A stretch of 53,292 nucleotides of DNA from Nemertoderma westbladi (Eukaryota > Animalia > Xenacoelomorpha). Below are positions 1 to 10,721 of the stretch, in pieces. The stretch spans positions 1-53,292 of the forward strand of contig JAUCBJ010007193.1 in assembly GCA_032718475.1 (NCBI GenBank), given 5' to 3'. Each line of letters begins with the position of its first letter. Positions within the stretch are counted from its first letter, which is position 1. A program made the translations under genes and the position numbers. Under the pieces are notes generated by a model. The model made no database searches. It saw only the letters and a program-made list of their open reading frames with translations, and was not told the origin of the DNA.

Positions 1-318
1 CAGTTTACATCGCAATCTACGACTTCGAGGAAGACTTGTGAGCCTACCGAACAACGGAGAACAGTGGAGACGCGACCGTTCAACCAGTTTACATCGCAAT
101 CTACGACTTCGAGGAAGACTTGTGAGCCTACCGAACAACGGAGAACAGTGGAGACGCGACCATTCAACCAGTTTACATCGCAATCTACGACTTCGAGGAA
201 GACTTGTGAGCCTACCGAACAACGGAGAACAGTGGAGACGCGACCGTTCAACCAGTTTACATCGCAATCTACGACTTCGAGGAAGACTTGTGAGCCTACC
301 GAACAACGGAGATCAGTG
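1..318 (+). repeat. 84-bp in-frame tandem repeat (28 aa) in gag, at least 4 units
   Basis: CAGTTTACATCGCAATC recurs at 1, 85, 169 and 253. Confidence 0.95.
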
Positions 319-1130
319 GACGATGTTCCGAAACGAGCCGTTAGAATTCGAACGACGCAACGGACGCGAGCACGTCGACCACCATATCCAGATGATAGTA
401 GTACTTCGAGCGAATCGGATTACCCGAAACGCGAGGTATTTAGAACAGGGGCGGCCGACGAATATAAACGCGAGCGTTCAGACAACTCCTTTGCAGACAA
501 TCCTCCACAGAATACACCAACACAGAAGGCGTTACAACCAACGAACGCAATTAGTACACAACAGTTCGCCGACATTCTGCGACCAGTTGTCAATAAGTTG
601 GCTCAGATCGAGGAACGTCTGGAGGAAGTTCAAACCGACAGTTCGAGAAATTCCGAATTCGAACACAATAGACACCCGAAGGGACCACAAAGACCGGTAC
701 CTTCAAACCCCACATCGTATCAGGGAAAAGCGCCAAGAAGGGAGAACATCAACCAGGTTACCAACCAAGGACGCGAAACTCTGAACGTTGCCGAGGAGAT
801 AGCGAAATTCGCAGCCAGACAGGGATTGCCGGTACAACAACCACCGAAGTTCTCCGGTAGCTCAAAACACTGGCATACCTTCGTAGACTATATTGAATCC
901 CAGATCGCCGTGTGCGCCTTTACATCACGAGAGAAGTTCAATTACTTGCTCCAAACGTTGTCAGGAGAACCTAAACGTTTGGCGGAGACTTTCGTTGGTG
1001 TACCGGACGCTTTCGAACTAGCGTACGATCGTTTGACTTCGATATACGGAGGTACAGTGAGTATGGCCAGGTCAGTAATAGAAGAACTCTGTAAGGGAGG
1101 GGCTATCACTAAACCCGTCGACTTACTAAA
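1..1130 (+). pseudogene. Truncated BEL/Pao gag fragment (sister copy of the element at 43026-53292)
   Basis: Near-identical to 47520-48559. Encodes PPKFSGSSKHWHTF...EKFNYLLQTLSGEPK (DUF1759-like BEL gag). Identity stops abruptly after GACTTACTAAA at 1130, so the C-terminus of ORF 64-1320 is read-through into unrelated DNA. Confidence 0.93.
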
Positions 1131-1502
1131 TGTAGAGAGAGCAAGAGTAGTAAGAGGGTACGTAGTACCGCTAGTTAGGAGTGTTAGTAGAGCAGTAGAG
1201 GGTTGTGGGCACCATAAGCGCCACATAGATGGAAGTAGCAGTAGAGGTTGTGGGCACCGTAAGCGCCATGTAGTTAGAGTTAGTAGGGAATGCGCTGAAC
1301 TTAGTGGGGCACGGGCGTGATGACGTGTTTGATGTAAGAGCAGGGTATGTTAATTAGGGTGGGTGCCGGGCACAAGAGGTGCCGGGCACAAAAAGAGTTA
1401 GTAGTAGAGTTAGTTGAGTTAGTAGTAGAGTTAGTTGAGTTAGTAGAGAGTTAGTGGAGTTAGTAGAGTTAGTAGAGAGTTAGTAGAGTTAGTAAGAGTT
1501 AG
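1131..1502 (+). mobile_element. Orphan fragment of the purine-rich 3' region of the non-autonomous LTR family
   Basis: About 1307-1500 matches 7687-7900 (GGGCACGGGCGTGATGACGTG...GTGCCGGGCAC...). Also carries GGTACGTAGTACC and GTGGGCACC-N-AAGCGCCA motifs. Confidence 0.88.
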
Positions 1503-1580
1503 CGAATCCACTCATTGCGTTCATCATCCAGCTGCATAACTAGCTCAGCATCAACTCTACCTTTTGCTGCCAATGCTAAC
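1503..1580 (-). pseudogene. hAT (ZMYM1-like) transposase fragment, continuation of 9708-10410
   Basis: Minus strand reads LALAAKGRVDAELVMQLDDERNEWIR, the helix that follows the TTF zinc finger in this family. It joins in frame to ...HIESMMAY(V) at 9708. Confidence 0.8.
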
Positions 1581-2522
1581 TGTATACAGAAATCTTATAT
1601 TTTCATCGAGTTATTATTCGGTTTCAGTGCATATAATATTTGTGCTTCGTATGTATTGAATAGCACATAAAATTGTTTATATTGTTGCCTAACAACAGTT
1701 ATGGTATTACTGAACTCTCATTGGTAGCTGCCGAAACCGGTATCCTTGCGTCTTATTGGCTGATAATATTTTACTGTGCATTGTGTATCCATATATAACT
1801 GTTGTTAGCCTCTATAGGGCAGGCATAGCCTTGATAACATCTCAGGTCATTTACATCGATTTTATAGCCTAGTAAGTCACGTTAGTTATAGTGGCCTACG
1901 ATATTTTACCTAATCGCTTGTATTAACAACTAGTCACTTGCGCTAGTCACTTGCAATTTATAACTAATCATTTGCAATTTACTATTATTGCATTACTTGT
2001 TGATGAATACATTGGACCAGAGATCAAATCAACTCGATTTCCACACGGTGAGTGTAAGTGCGCCTTGTCAGTAATAAGATTCGGTTCATTTAATGCGAAT
2101 GTGTGAGTCCATAGTATTGTTATATTATTCCCAACTAGTAACTATTATTTACCAGCAATGCACGTGATTCGAGTAAATCATGCGCTTATCACGCACTAGG
2201 CCTCAAGTAGCGTCCTACCTGTGATATATGTAAGTCATACGTACATCCACTAGCCAACAACACAATATAACGGAACGGTTTACACGTAACTATCGTACCC
2301 CTTTGAAGCAGTTTGTAAGTGCTGAGGCCTTATACTTACAGTAGCTAATTCTAGATCCCGTTAAGATATATATATTAGATAATATATATATACCCCCAAA
2401 CTTTTGTGAGTGTATCCCTAGGCATTGATCACATTCATAAGAACTACATAACGGCTTACTAGGAATCTTCAGGTTAGCCTCCCATAAACGCCTCGACACT
2501 ACCACGACACATTGCCCGTCGC
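1581..2522 (+). mobile_element. Unclassified LTR-like non-coding insertion in the hAT ORF
   Basis: Starts TGTATACA. Contains an X-box-like GTTGCCTAACAAC, two ATTGG boxes and TATATAA at ~1792, with a possible end ...GAATACA at 2011 followed by TTGG. No TSD found. Confidence 0.45.
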
Positions 2523-2527
2523 ACATA

Positions 2528-3078
2528 TGTTAGCTTATCCAATTCCGCTAACATGAACCCACAAAGTAAGCCGTTGAGCAATATTGGGAGCACGAGGTTG
2601 ATTACCAATCAACCTCGTGTCAGCCCAGTAAACGGGGACAATAGGCCCCAAAGGAGACACACACAATAAGGGTCAGGGGCCAAACCCCTAACAGAGAGAG
2701 AACAACAGGGGCAACGGGAAACACACCAGGGAAGGTGAAAGGGCGAGAAGTGGGATATTAGCTAATGGGGGGACATCATCGACTAGGTACAGTAATATGG
2801 CCAACTGTGCAGTACATATATTACCTGTTGGTGCTTCCCTATTCAGTTTAGTTTACTCAGTCAGATCAGTAGGGTGGAACGGGGACTTCTGTCACCGTCC
2901 GCTACCGCCATCATACTTATCTACCGGTAACCGTGTCATACTATACTGTGCTATATCAGACTATTATACCTTTATATACATATTACCGAACATCAGAACT
3001 CTTTTACCTTTCACACACGGCGGGGACGCGTGGATAGAAAACCCAACGGATAAACCGGGATCCGTAGATCCCGGCACA
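2528..3078 (+). repeat. 5' LTR (551 bp)
   Basis: TGTTAGC...GGCACA. Direct repeat of 9159-9707 with about 6 substitutions and one 2-bp indel counted by eye. Confidence 0.96.
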
Positions 3079-3215
3079 GTGACAGAATCAGATCCACCCA
3101 GCTGCCCTGACAGTGACAGAATCAGATCCGCCCAGCTGCCCTGACAGAGATAGAATCCTAGCAGCTGCCCTAACAGTCTGACAGTGATAGAACTAGATCC
3201 AACCAACTGACAGAC
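3079..3215 (+). repeat. Tandem 34-bp units at the primer-binding-site position (non-TGG)
   Basis: GTGACAGAATCAGATCCRCCCAGCTGCCCTGACA occurs twice (3079, 3113), followed by two degenerate units. Confidence 0.85.
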
Positions 3216-3242
3216 TGTGGCTGCCAGCCACCAAAGACAAAG

Positions 3243-6200
3243 ATGAGTCGAGAGAAAGGAACGACACCGCCGTGGACCCCGGACAACGATCTAACGATCC
3301 GCGAGGCCACGGCGGGACGATACGAACCCACGACGCCGGTCGATGCTACGCCGACCACGTCGACGCACGTTGACGCCATGTCGATAACGAGCGACCCGGC
3401 GAACCAAGATGTGGGGGGTCGTCTACAAAGAGAAATCGAGTCGGGAGGAGAAGAGGAAGACGAGTCGACGCGGAGCGAGGGTCGACGTACCGATGTCGCC
3501 GGCCAGCCACAGGCCGAGGACAACGAACGGTCCACCGGAACGGTGACGGTGGGGCCGTCGGTACGATGTCGGACCCGGAGAGACGGAAGAGAGGTCGGCG
3601 ACGAGGACGTCGGGGTTTCTGATCGACTTCAATGAGCCTACCTCGCGACCAGGGAGCGACTGAGAGAGGCCAAAGGAGGGGCGAAGATAGACGAGGTGAG
3701 ACTGAGGAGACGACTAGGTGAGTCGAACAGATACTTTGATTACCTAGTGCGTTCTGGGCAGGGAGAACTAGCCGAGGAGAGGGCGAGGGGAGTTGCCAAC
3801 GAACTGATTGAACTATGGGAGTGTAGGGGTATGGAACCTAGCGTAGTGTACGTAGGGCCATACTTAGTCGATGCCCGGGGAGTAAAATTAGTGGGTTGGA
3901 AGAGACCTGAGGAGGGCGAATCCGAGGTTAACTCCGAGGATTCGGTCTCGTCGGTCGGAAGAAGTTCCGGGAAGCGGGGGAAAGTTGGTAGGATGGAGGG
4001 GCGACGGGAGTCTGTCGCAACCGATAAGTCTGCTACATCCTCCGCAAAAGAAAGAAGGGTGCGGGAGATAAATCTGACGTATAAAATAGAAATGGCGGCG
4101 AATAAGCAGAATGGGTTAGAGAGATAATTGAGGGATAAAACCGCATACTCAGAGAAGTTAGGAGAGTTGGCGAGGGAGTATAGAAAGAGAGTCGAGGAGC
4201 GTATGGAGCGGGAGATGAGAGTAGAGGATGAGCCGGCGAGGCGGTTTGAGATGGTTACGAGAGGGGTAGAGTTGGCCGTGCAGAGTGTACGAGAGGAGAG
4301 AGAGAGAGAGATAGAGGCAAAGCGTGAGCGGGATGATTTGCATGCCCGCCTAAGGGGGCTTATGCAATATCAAGCCAAACTGAAGTACCGACTAGAACTG
4401 GCGCGGTTGGGACTGTCAGAGAGTGAGACCCCACTTATAAGCACCGAGCGAGAAAACCAGAACTGGTGTAGCCGTACGGGCGGGGGGGGGGGGGTAATAG
4501 TAGTACGCTAGAAATAGTTAATATTAATAGTACCGTAGTAGATAACCCTAATCCCTTTATTACAGGAAATAATATTTTACCGGGTAGTAGTAATTTAAAT
4601 TTAAATACAAATATTCTAAATAATAATTTCAATTCAAACCCGCAAAATAATTCGGATAATAATTTAAGTTTAGAGAATAGTAGTGATCTAAGTAATTTAA
4701 ATAATTTAAATAATAATCCCGTTTCAAATTCTAATAATTTAATTGATTTAACAAATAATATTGGGAATGGTGCTATTAATATGAGCGTGTCGGACGTACA
4801 TAACCCGGCAGACGGGGGCCTGGTAGGCCACGTGCTTAGTAGGCAGGAGGTGGCAGGGTTGAGCCAACCCGACGGCGGCCTGGTAGGCCACGTAGTTGGT
4901 AGGCAGGAGGTAGCGGGGTTGAGCCAACCCGAGGTGGGCCACGCAGTAGTAGAGAGAGAGGCGGGGGTGAATAGACCCAGCCGTAGTAAAGACAGTGCGT
5001 CGACTAGAGAGGGGTGTAGAGACGAAGTAAGAGATAGTGAAGTTAGATGTGGCGAGTGGGGGGGGGGGGGGCTACCGGCGTCCCACCACGTAAGACTAGT
5101 GGCGAGAGAGGGGGGGCAGATAATGCCCCACAAGAGGGGTGTAGAAGTGTAGCAAGAGGTAGTGAAGTTAGAAGTGGCGAGTGGGGGGGGGGGGGGGGGG
5201 CTACAGGAGCCCCACCACAGAAGATTAGTGGCGAGAGAAGGGGGGTAGAGAATGTCCGACAAGAGGAACGTGAAAGTGCAGTAAGAGATAGTGAAGTTAG
5301 AAGTGGCGGGTGGGGGGGGGGGGGGGGGCTACGGACACCCCACCGCGAGAGGTTAGTAGAGAGAGAGGGGGGGCAGAGAGTGTCCCACAGCCGTCAGCGG
5401 ATAATGCGCGGGCCGAATCAGGAAAACCGCAACACCCGGCGACAGAGAGTAATAGGGGGATTGCGAGTGTCCCCGGCGGCGTGCGATCGAGTAGAGAGAG
5501 GCAGGTTGACGTCGCGAGAGGGCAGACGAAGCGTCGAGCCCGATTAGAAGAGGGAAGAAGAAGAGTGGAGTTTAACCGGGAGGTCGACGAGAGATCTCAT
5601 GAGCCGGAATACTGCACTGAAAAGAGAAGAAGAGGAGATAGTAGAAAAGGTCTCGCCACGAACGATAGGAGTGCGAGGACGGATAACGGACCGTCGATAG
5701 TAGAGATGGAGTCAGGGAACCAGTGGGGTCGAACTTCGGGAGATTACCGTCGCCCCGGAGAAACGCCCCGCACGCCAAGAGAGGGGTACAGGAGGTACCA
5801 ATACAAAGTCGAGAACAGGAGAAGGGATCGAAGAGAAGCTTCCCGACGGGATATAGCTGCCGATCGAGAATGCAGTAGTCGCGGGGAGATTCGAGATTCG
5901 CGAAGAATAAACTTCGGTTCGGAAGGGCACATGCAGACTGCAGGACATACTGTAGGCCTTACTGCACATACTATTATAGGCCATGCCGGGAGAGATAGAG
6001 TAGGCGATGGGGTAGCGCGAACGACGGGATAAAACCCGGAAGTCGCGGAGTACATACCGGTAGGTAGGCGAGAGGTAGGTAGGCCTATATCGGTACAGCA
6101 GCATGACTATAATACACAGGGACATAACATATACCCGGTTGAGGGGGATATTGCAGATAGATGGATGGGCCCCAATATATTAACATCAACCCCAGTACCA

Positions 6201-7094
6201 AACATAACACTGGTTGGGGGGGGACAGGGTGACATTCCCCCATTACAAAATATCCGCAGTATAAACAACCAAGAACATATAGGAGCAAGAACATCGAACT
6301 CCCTGGACGAGAACAGGTCGTGCGGACAGTCACCACCACACGCGGCCGTACAGGGGACTGCTAGTCCACAGTTAGCTGGTAGCAGGGCCACGCCGTGGCA
6401 GGGACAGGAAGAAAATAACACCAAAAATAAACACAATCCCAATATACCCAGTAGGCCGAGTCTAGACAATCGAAACATTAAATCGGTACATATAAACCTA
6501 AGCGCGATACGTGAAGGACTATACAGGAAACGCTATAATCCAGGATTCCAATGTCAATTACATCGGGACGGAACCCATAAGACCAGGAGTTGTAAGTACT
6601 GGCAAGCGTTGCCCAAACGAGATCGTGTAGCCTACACAGACGCAAACGGACTATGTCATCGATGTGTGGTAAAAGGACACAGATCCGGAGAGTGTTGGAA
6701 AGGGAGAGGATATGAAAGGACTAAACCAGGGGCAGAGAAGCCCATTAGCAAACATAAGGGAGTCGGGAAAGTAGAAGGAGGCGTGTTGCATACGCACGCG
6801 GGGCTGGCACGGTGCGAGGGGGCATTACATGGGCAGACACCGCGTATACCGAGGGACGAGCGGGGGTCGTCGAGGGCTTTAATGCCAGCGCACATACGAA
6901 GGGGGAGGCCAGCAGAGGTAGCACCGAAGAGAGTGTGGCGAAGAGTTAGAGGACGTATAGGAGGGCAGCGGGAGAGTGCCTACTGGAAGAAGGGGCACCT
7001 GAGAGTTTTTAGTCGTCCAAAGTTTTGGACTGAGGGGGGTGGGAATGAGGGCGAGACGCCCTTCCCACGCACAAAATATAAAATAATTATTTAA
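3243..7094 (+). pseudogene. Degenerate BEL-type gag-like ORF
   Basis: ORFs 3243, 3696 and 4128 share one frame, split by stops (coiled-coil-like). Frameshifts occur at poly-G runs and there is an Asn-rich tract at 4500-4780. The C-terminal part has CQLH...H...C and LCHRCVVKGHRSGEC knuckles. The protease is deleted relative to the sister copy at 20.7-21.6 kb. Confidence 0.75.
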
Positions 7095-7119
7095 TTAAAA
7101 ATAAGAAAATAATTAAATA

Positions 7120-8950
7120 ATAGAGTAGGTAGAAGTTAGGTAGTAAGAGTTAGTTAGTTAGTTAAAGGGTGGTACGTAGTACCGTTAGAGAGTAAGAGTT
7201 AGAGGGTATGCAGTACCGTTAGTGAGAGTAGAGTCAGAGAAGTTAGTAAGAAGGTACGCAGTACCGTTAGTGAGAGTAGAGTCAGAGAAGTTAGTAAGAA
7301 GGTACGTAGTACCGTTAGTTAGTGGAGTTAGAGAAGTTAGTTAGAGGGTACGTAGTACCGTTAGTTAGAGTAGTGAGAGGGTACGTAGTACCGTCAGTTA
7401 GAGAGTTAGTTAGAGGGTACGTAGTACCGCTAGTCAGTTAGAGAGTTAGTTAGAGGGTACGTAAGTACCGTTAGTTAGAGGAGAGTTAGAGGGTACGTAA
7501 GTACCGTTAGTCAGTTAGAGAGTTAGAGGGTACGTAAGTACCGCTAGTTAGTTAGAGGGTACGTAAGTACCGTTAGTTAGTTAGAGAGTTAGAGGGTACG
7601 TAAGTACCGCTAGTTAGAGGAGAGTTAGAGGGTACGTAGTACCGTTAGTTAGTTAGAATTAGAGGGTACGTAGTACCGTTAGTAGAGGGCACGGGCGTGA
7701 TGACGTGTTTGATGTAAGAGCAGGGTATGTTAATTAGGGTGGGTGCCGGGCACAAGAGGTGCCGGGCACAAGAGGTGCCGGGCACAAAAAGAGTTAGTAG
7801 TAGAGTTAGTTGAGTTAGTAGTAGAGTTAGTTGAGTTAGTAGAGAGTTAGTGGAGTTAGTAGAGTTAGTAGAGAGTTAGTAGAGTTAGCAAGAGTTAGTA
7901 GTAGTTCACATAATTAACGTACCCGCTCTGCCGGCATTCAGAGCGTCACGTGCAGGCGAGTGGATGTAAAGGAAGTAAGTTAGAGATAGAGTAGAGTAGC
8001 AGAGAGGGCACATAGGGTGCCAGGTAGTAAAGTTAGAGATAGAGTAGAGTAGTAGAGAGGGCACATAGGGTGCCAGGTAGTAGAGTAGAGTGTTAGAGGT
8101 AGCAGAGAGGGCACATAGGGTGCCAGAGAGTAGAATAGTAGAGACGGGCACATAGGGTGCCAGGTAGTAGAGTTAGAGAGTTAGAGATAGAGTAGAGAGG
8201 GCACATAGGGTGCCAGGTAGTAGAGTAGAGTGTTAGAGGTAGCAGAGAGGGCACATAGGGTGCCAGAGAGGAGAATATTAGAGACGGGCACATAGGGTGC
8301 CAGGTAGTAGAGTTAGAGAGTTAGAGATAGAGTAGAGTAGTAGAGACGGGCACATAGGGTGCCAGGTAGTAGAGTTAGAGATAGAGTAGAGCAGTTGAGA
8401 GGGGTAGTAGAGTAGAGCAGAGAGGGCACATAGGGTGCCAGGTAGTAGAGCTAGAGAGGTAGTTGAGTAGTAGAAGGGCACATAGGGTGCCAGATAGTAG
8501 AGTGGTTGTGGGCACCGCAAGCGCCACGTAGTGAGAAGAGTGGGTAGAGTTAGGGAGTTCTAGTTAAAGGGCTAGAGAATTGGTAGACTTAGATGAGTCA
8601 AGTAGAGTTAGTAGAAGTAGAGAGCTAGTAGGAGTTAGTTAGACTTAGTAGTTCTAGTTAGAGTTAGTAGAAAGTTAGAGGCTTTAGTTAGAGCCAGAAG
8701 TAGTGAGAGTTAGCGGAGAGTAGAGTTAGTAGTTAGTAGAGTTAGATAGTTAGAGTTAGTAAGCAGTAGGTAGATGGTATGATAGCACAGGGGTAGCATT
8801 AGAGGTCAGGGCCTTAGAGAGTGGCAGAGATTAGAGAGGAGATAGTGAGAGAAGCTGTTGGCGAGAGGGAAGAGTGCGATTCAGGTGTGGGGAGAGGGTA
8901 AGAGCGAGTTGAGTCAGAGAGCGGAGTTAGAGTGGTGAGAGTGTTGGGGA
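7120..8950 (+). repeat. Purine-rich, C-poor 3' region with hairpin-motif arrays
   Basis: About 14 GGTACGT(A)AGTACC units (7171-7680), 3 GTGCCGGGCAC (7743-7785) and 10 GGCACATAGGGTGCC (8007-8490), set in AGAGTTAGT-type spacers. Confidence 0.92.
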
Positions 8951-9149
8951 AACAAAAATTGTGTGAGAGAAGCGCACGATCGGCCCGACACGAGACGCCA
9001 GAGGGTAGTGACATCATACCCATAGGGAGCGGCCTGGAAAGCCGACTCCGAAAAAATAGACCCACCCCACACCCGATACTAGATCGGGATCCAGCGGAAT
9101 TGTAGCGCACTTTTTGGTGGATGCTATCTTCTCACCGGGAAGATAGCAT

Positions 9150-9158
9150 GGGGGGGAG
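9150..9158 (+). promoter_or_regulatory. Polypurine tract
   Basis: GGGGGGGAG directly abutting the TG of the 3' LTR. Confidence 0.85.
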
Positions 9159-9707
9159 TGTTAGCTTATCCAATTCCGCTAACATGAACCCACAAAGTAA
9201 GCCGTTGAGCAATATTGGGAGCACGAGGTTGATTACCAATCAACCTCGGGTCAGCCCAGTAAACGGGGACAATACGCCCCAAAGGAGACACACACAATAA
9301 GGGTCAGGGGCCAAACCCCTAACAGAGAGAGAACAACAGGGGCAACGGGAAACACACCAGGGAAGGTGAAAGGGCGAGAAGTGGGATATTAGCCAATGGG
9401 GGGACAGCATCGACTAGGTACAGTAATATGGCCAACTGTGCAGTACATATATTACCTGTTGGTGCTTCCCTATTCAGTTTAGTTTACTCAGTCAGATCAG
9501 TAGGGTGGAACGGGGACTTCTGTCACCGTCCGCTACCGCCATCATACTTATCTACCAGTAACCGTGTCATACTATACTGTGCTATATCAGACTATTATAC
9601 CTTTATACATATTACCGAACATCAGAACTCTTTTACCTTTCACACACGGCGGGGACGCGTGGATAGAAAACCCAACGGATAAACCGGGATCCGTAGATCC
9701 CGTCACA
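9159..9707 (+). repeat. 3' LTR (549 bp)
   Basis: TGTTAGC...GTCACA followed by TSD ACATA. Confidence 0.96.
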
Positions 9708-10410
9708 ACATATGCCATCATCGACTCAATATGATCACTGGATGTCTCATGCTGCTCGAGGCGTGTATGAGCATGGGTCCAGTCACTGAATCCAGTTACA
9801 AGTTGTTGGTGACGCAGTGTACAAAAGAGCTTACAAACTAAACAGTATACATAACCATTGTATGGACTAAAGCACAACCATGTGCACTTGGAAGACTTTG
9901 TGTTCTTTAGCTTGCGTTCAAACATGCTCATACCACACTTCCGAGCTACTGAACGTCCTTCCTTCAGAACTGTCTGCACTGCGGACAGTTCAAGTGACTT
10001 TGGATCCTCATGCTGTAGCTTGGACACATTCAAGTTATCCACAGCATCAATTTGAACGTGTCAGTAAGTTTATCTGGCCACAGGCCGACATCACATTCAA
10101 CAAGCAGCACTTTAGGTTCCATCTCTGGATCTTGCTGCACATCTATGTCTCCCTCTTGGACCTCACAGTCCGAGTCCGTACCTGGTAAATAACTGGAGCC
10201 AGCATCACATTGCGATTCCAAACCGTCATCACTCTCAACTTCACTTACTGCTGCACCTGTCACTGGTCCAAAGAAAGCTGTAAGTGGCTGTGTTCCTGCA
10301 ATACCCGCAGATTCCTTGCATCTCCTCTCTTTACATTTTTCATGGCCAGACATTTGCTTTCTTTGCTTTCGTTTCTTTTCAATGTGTCGGTCTGCTGATC
10401 GGTCTGCCAT
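9708..10410 (-). pseudogene. hAT transposase N-terminus with TTF-type zinc finger (ZMYM1-like), frameshifted near 10040
   Basis: ATG at 10410 and a basic N-terminus (KKRKQRKQMSGHEK), then WLCFSPYNGYVYCLVCKLF...GFSDW...HETSSDH. Confidence 0.88.
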
Positions 10411-10429
10411 AATTACAGTTAGCAAAACA

Positions 10430-10721
10430 GTACTGTATACATGTAGGTAGTGTACTGTAGACCTACTACTGTAAGTTGTACTCACAGACTGAACATCAAA
10501 CTGAAACTTTATAGCTTATACGTGTAGGCCTACTCCTACTAGAGAATAACTGCAACATTTATGTACTAAACCACTGTTCTTTCTGTATACATGTAGTGTA
10601 CTGTAGACGCATACTACTGTAAGTTGTACTCACAGACTGAACATCAACTGAAACTTTATAGCTTATACGTGTAGGCCTACTCCTACTAGTGAATAACTGA
10701 AACATTTATGCACTAAACCAC
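10430..10721. repeat. ~157-bp tandem duplication in the hAT 5' region
   Basis: TACTACTGTAAGTTGTACTCACAGACTGAACATCAA...GTAGGCCTACTCCTACTAG is present twice. Confidence 0.85.

Larger units (their letters stand above)
2528..9707 (+). mobile_element. Complete non-autonomous BEL/Pao-derived LTR retrotransposon (gag only, no pol)
   Basis: Paired LTRs TG...CA, 5-bp TSD ACATA (2523-2527 and 9708-9712), PPT before the 3' LTR and BEL-type zinc knuckles. No RT, RNase H or integrase motifs. Confidence 0.93.

Noticed and set aside
1580-2524. Group II intron (minus strand begins GTGCG)
   Set aside because: No domain V/VI motif or AY terminus is found near the 3' end.
4435-5262. 275-aa minus-strand ORF and other antisense ORFs over gag/pol
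   Set aside because: They are shadows of low-complexity or coding sense-strand sequence.
7160-8530. CRISPR-like repeat-spacer appearance
   Set aside because: Repeats are only 13-15 bp, spacers are related low-complexity sequence, there are no cas genes, and the context is a eukaryotic retroelement.
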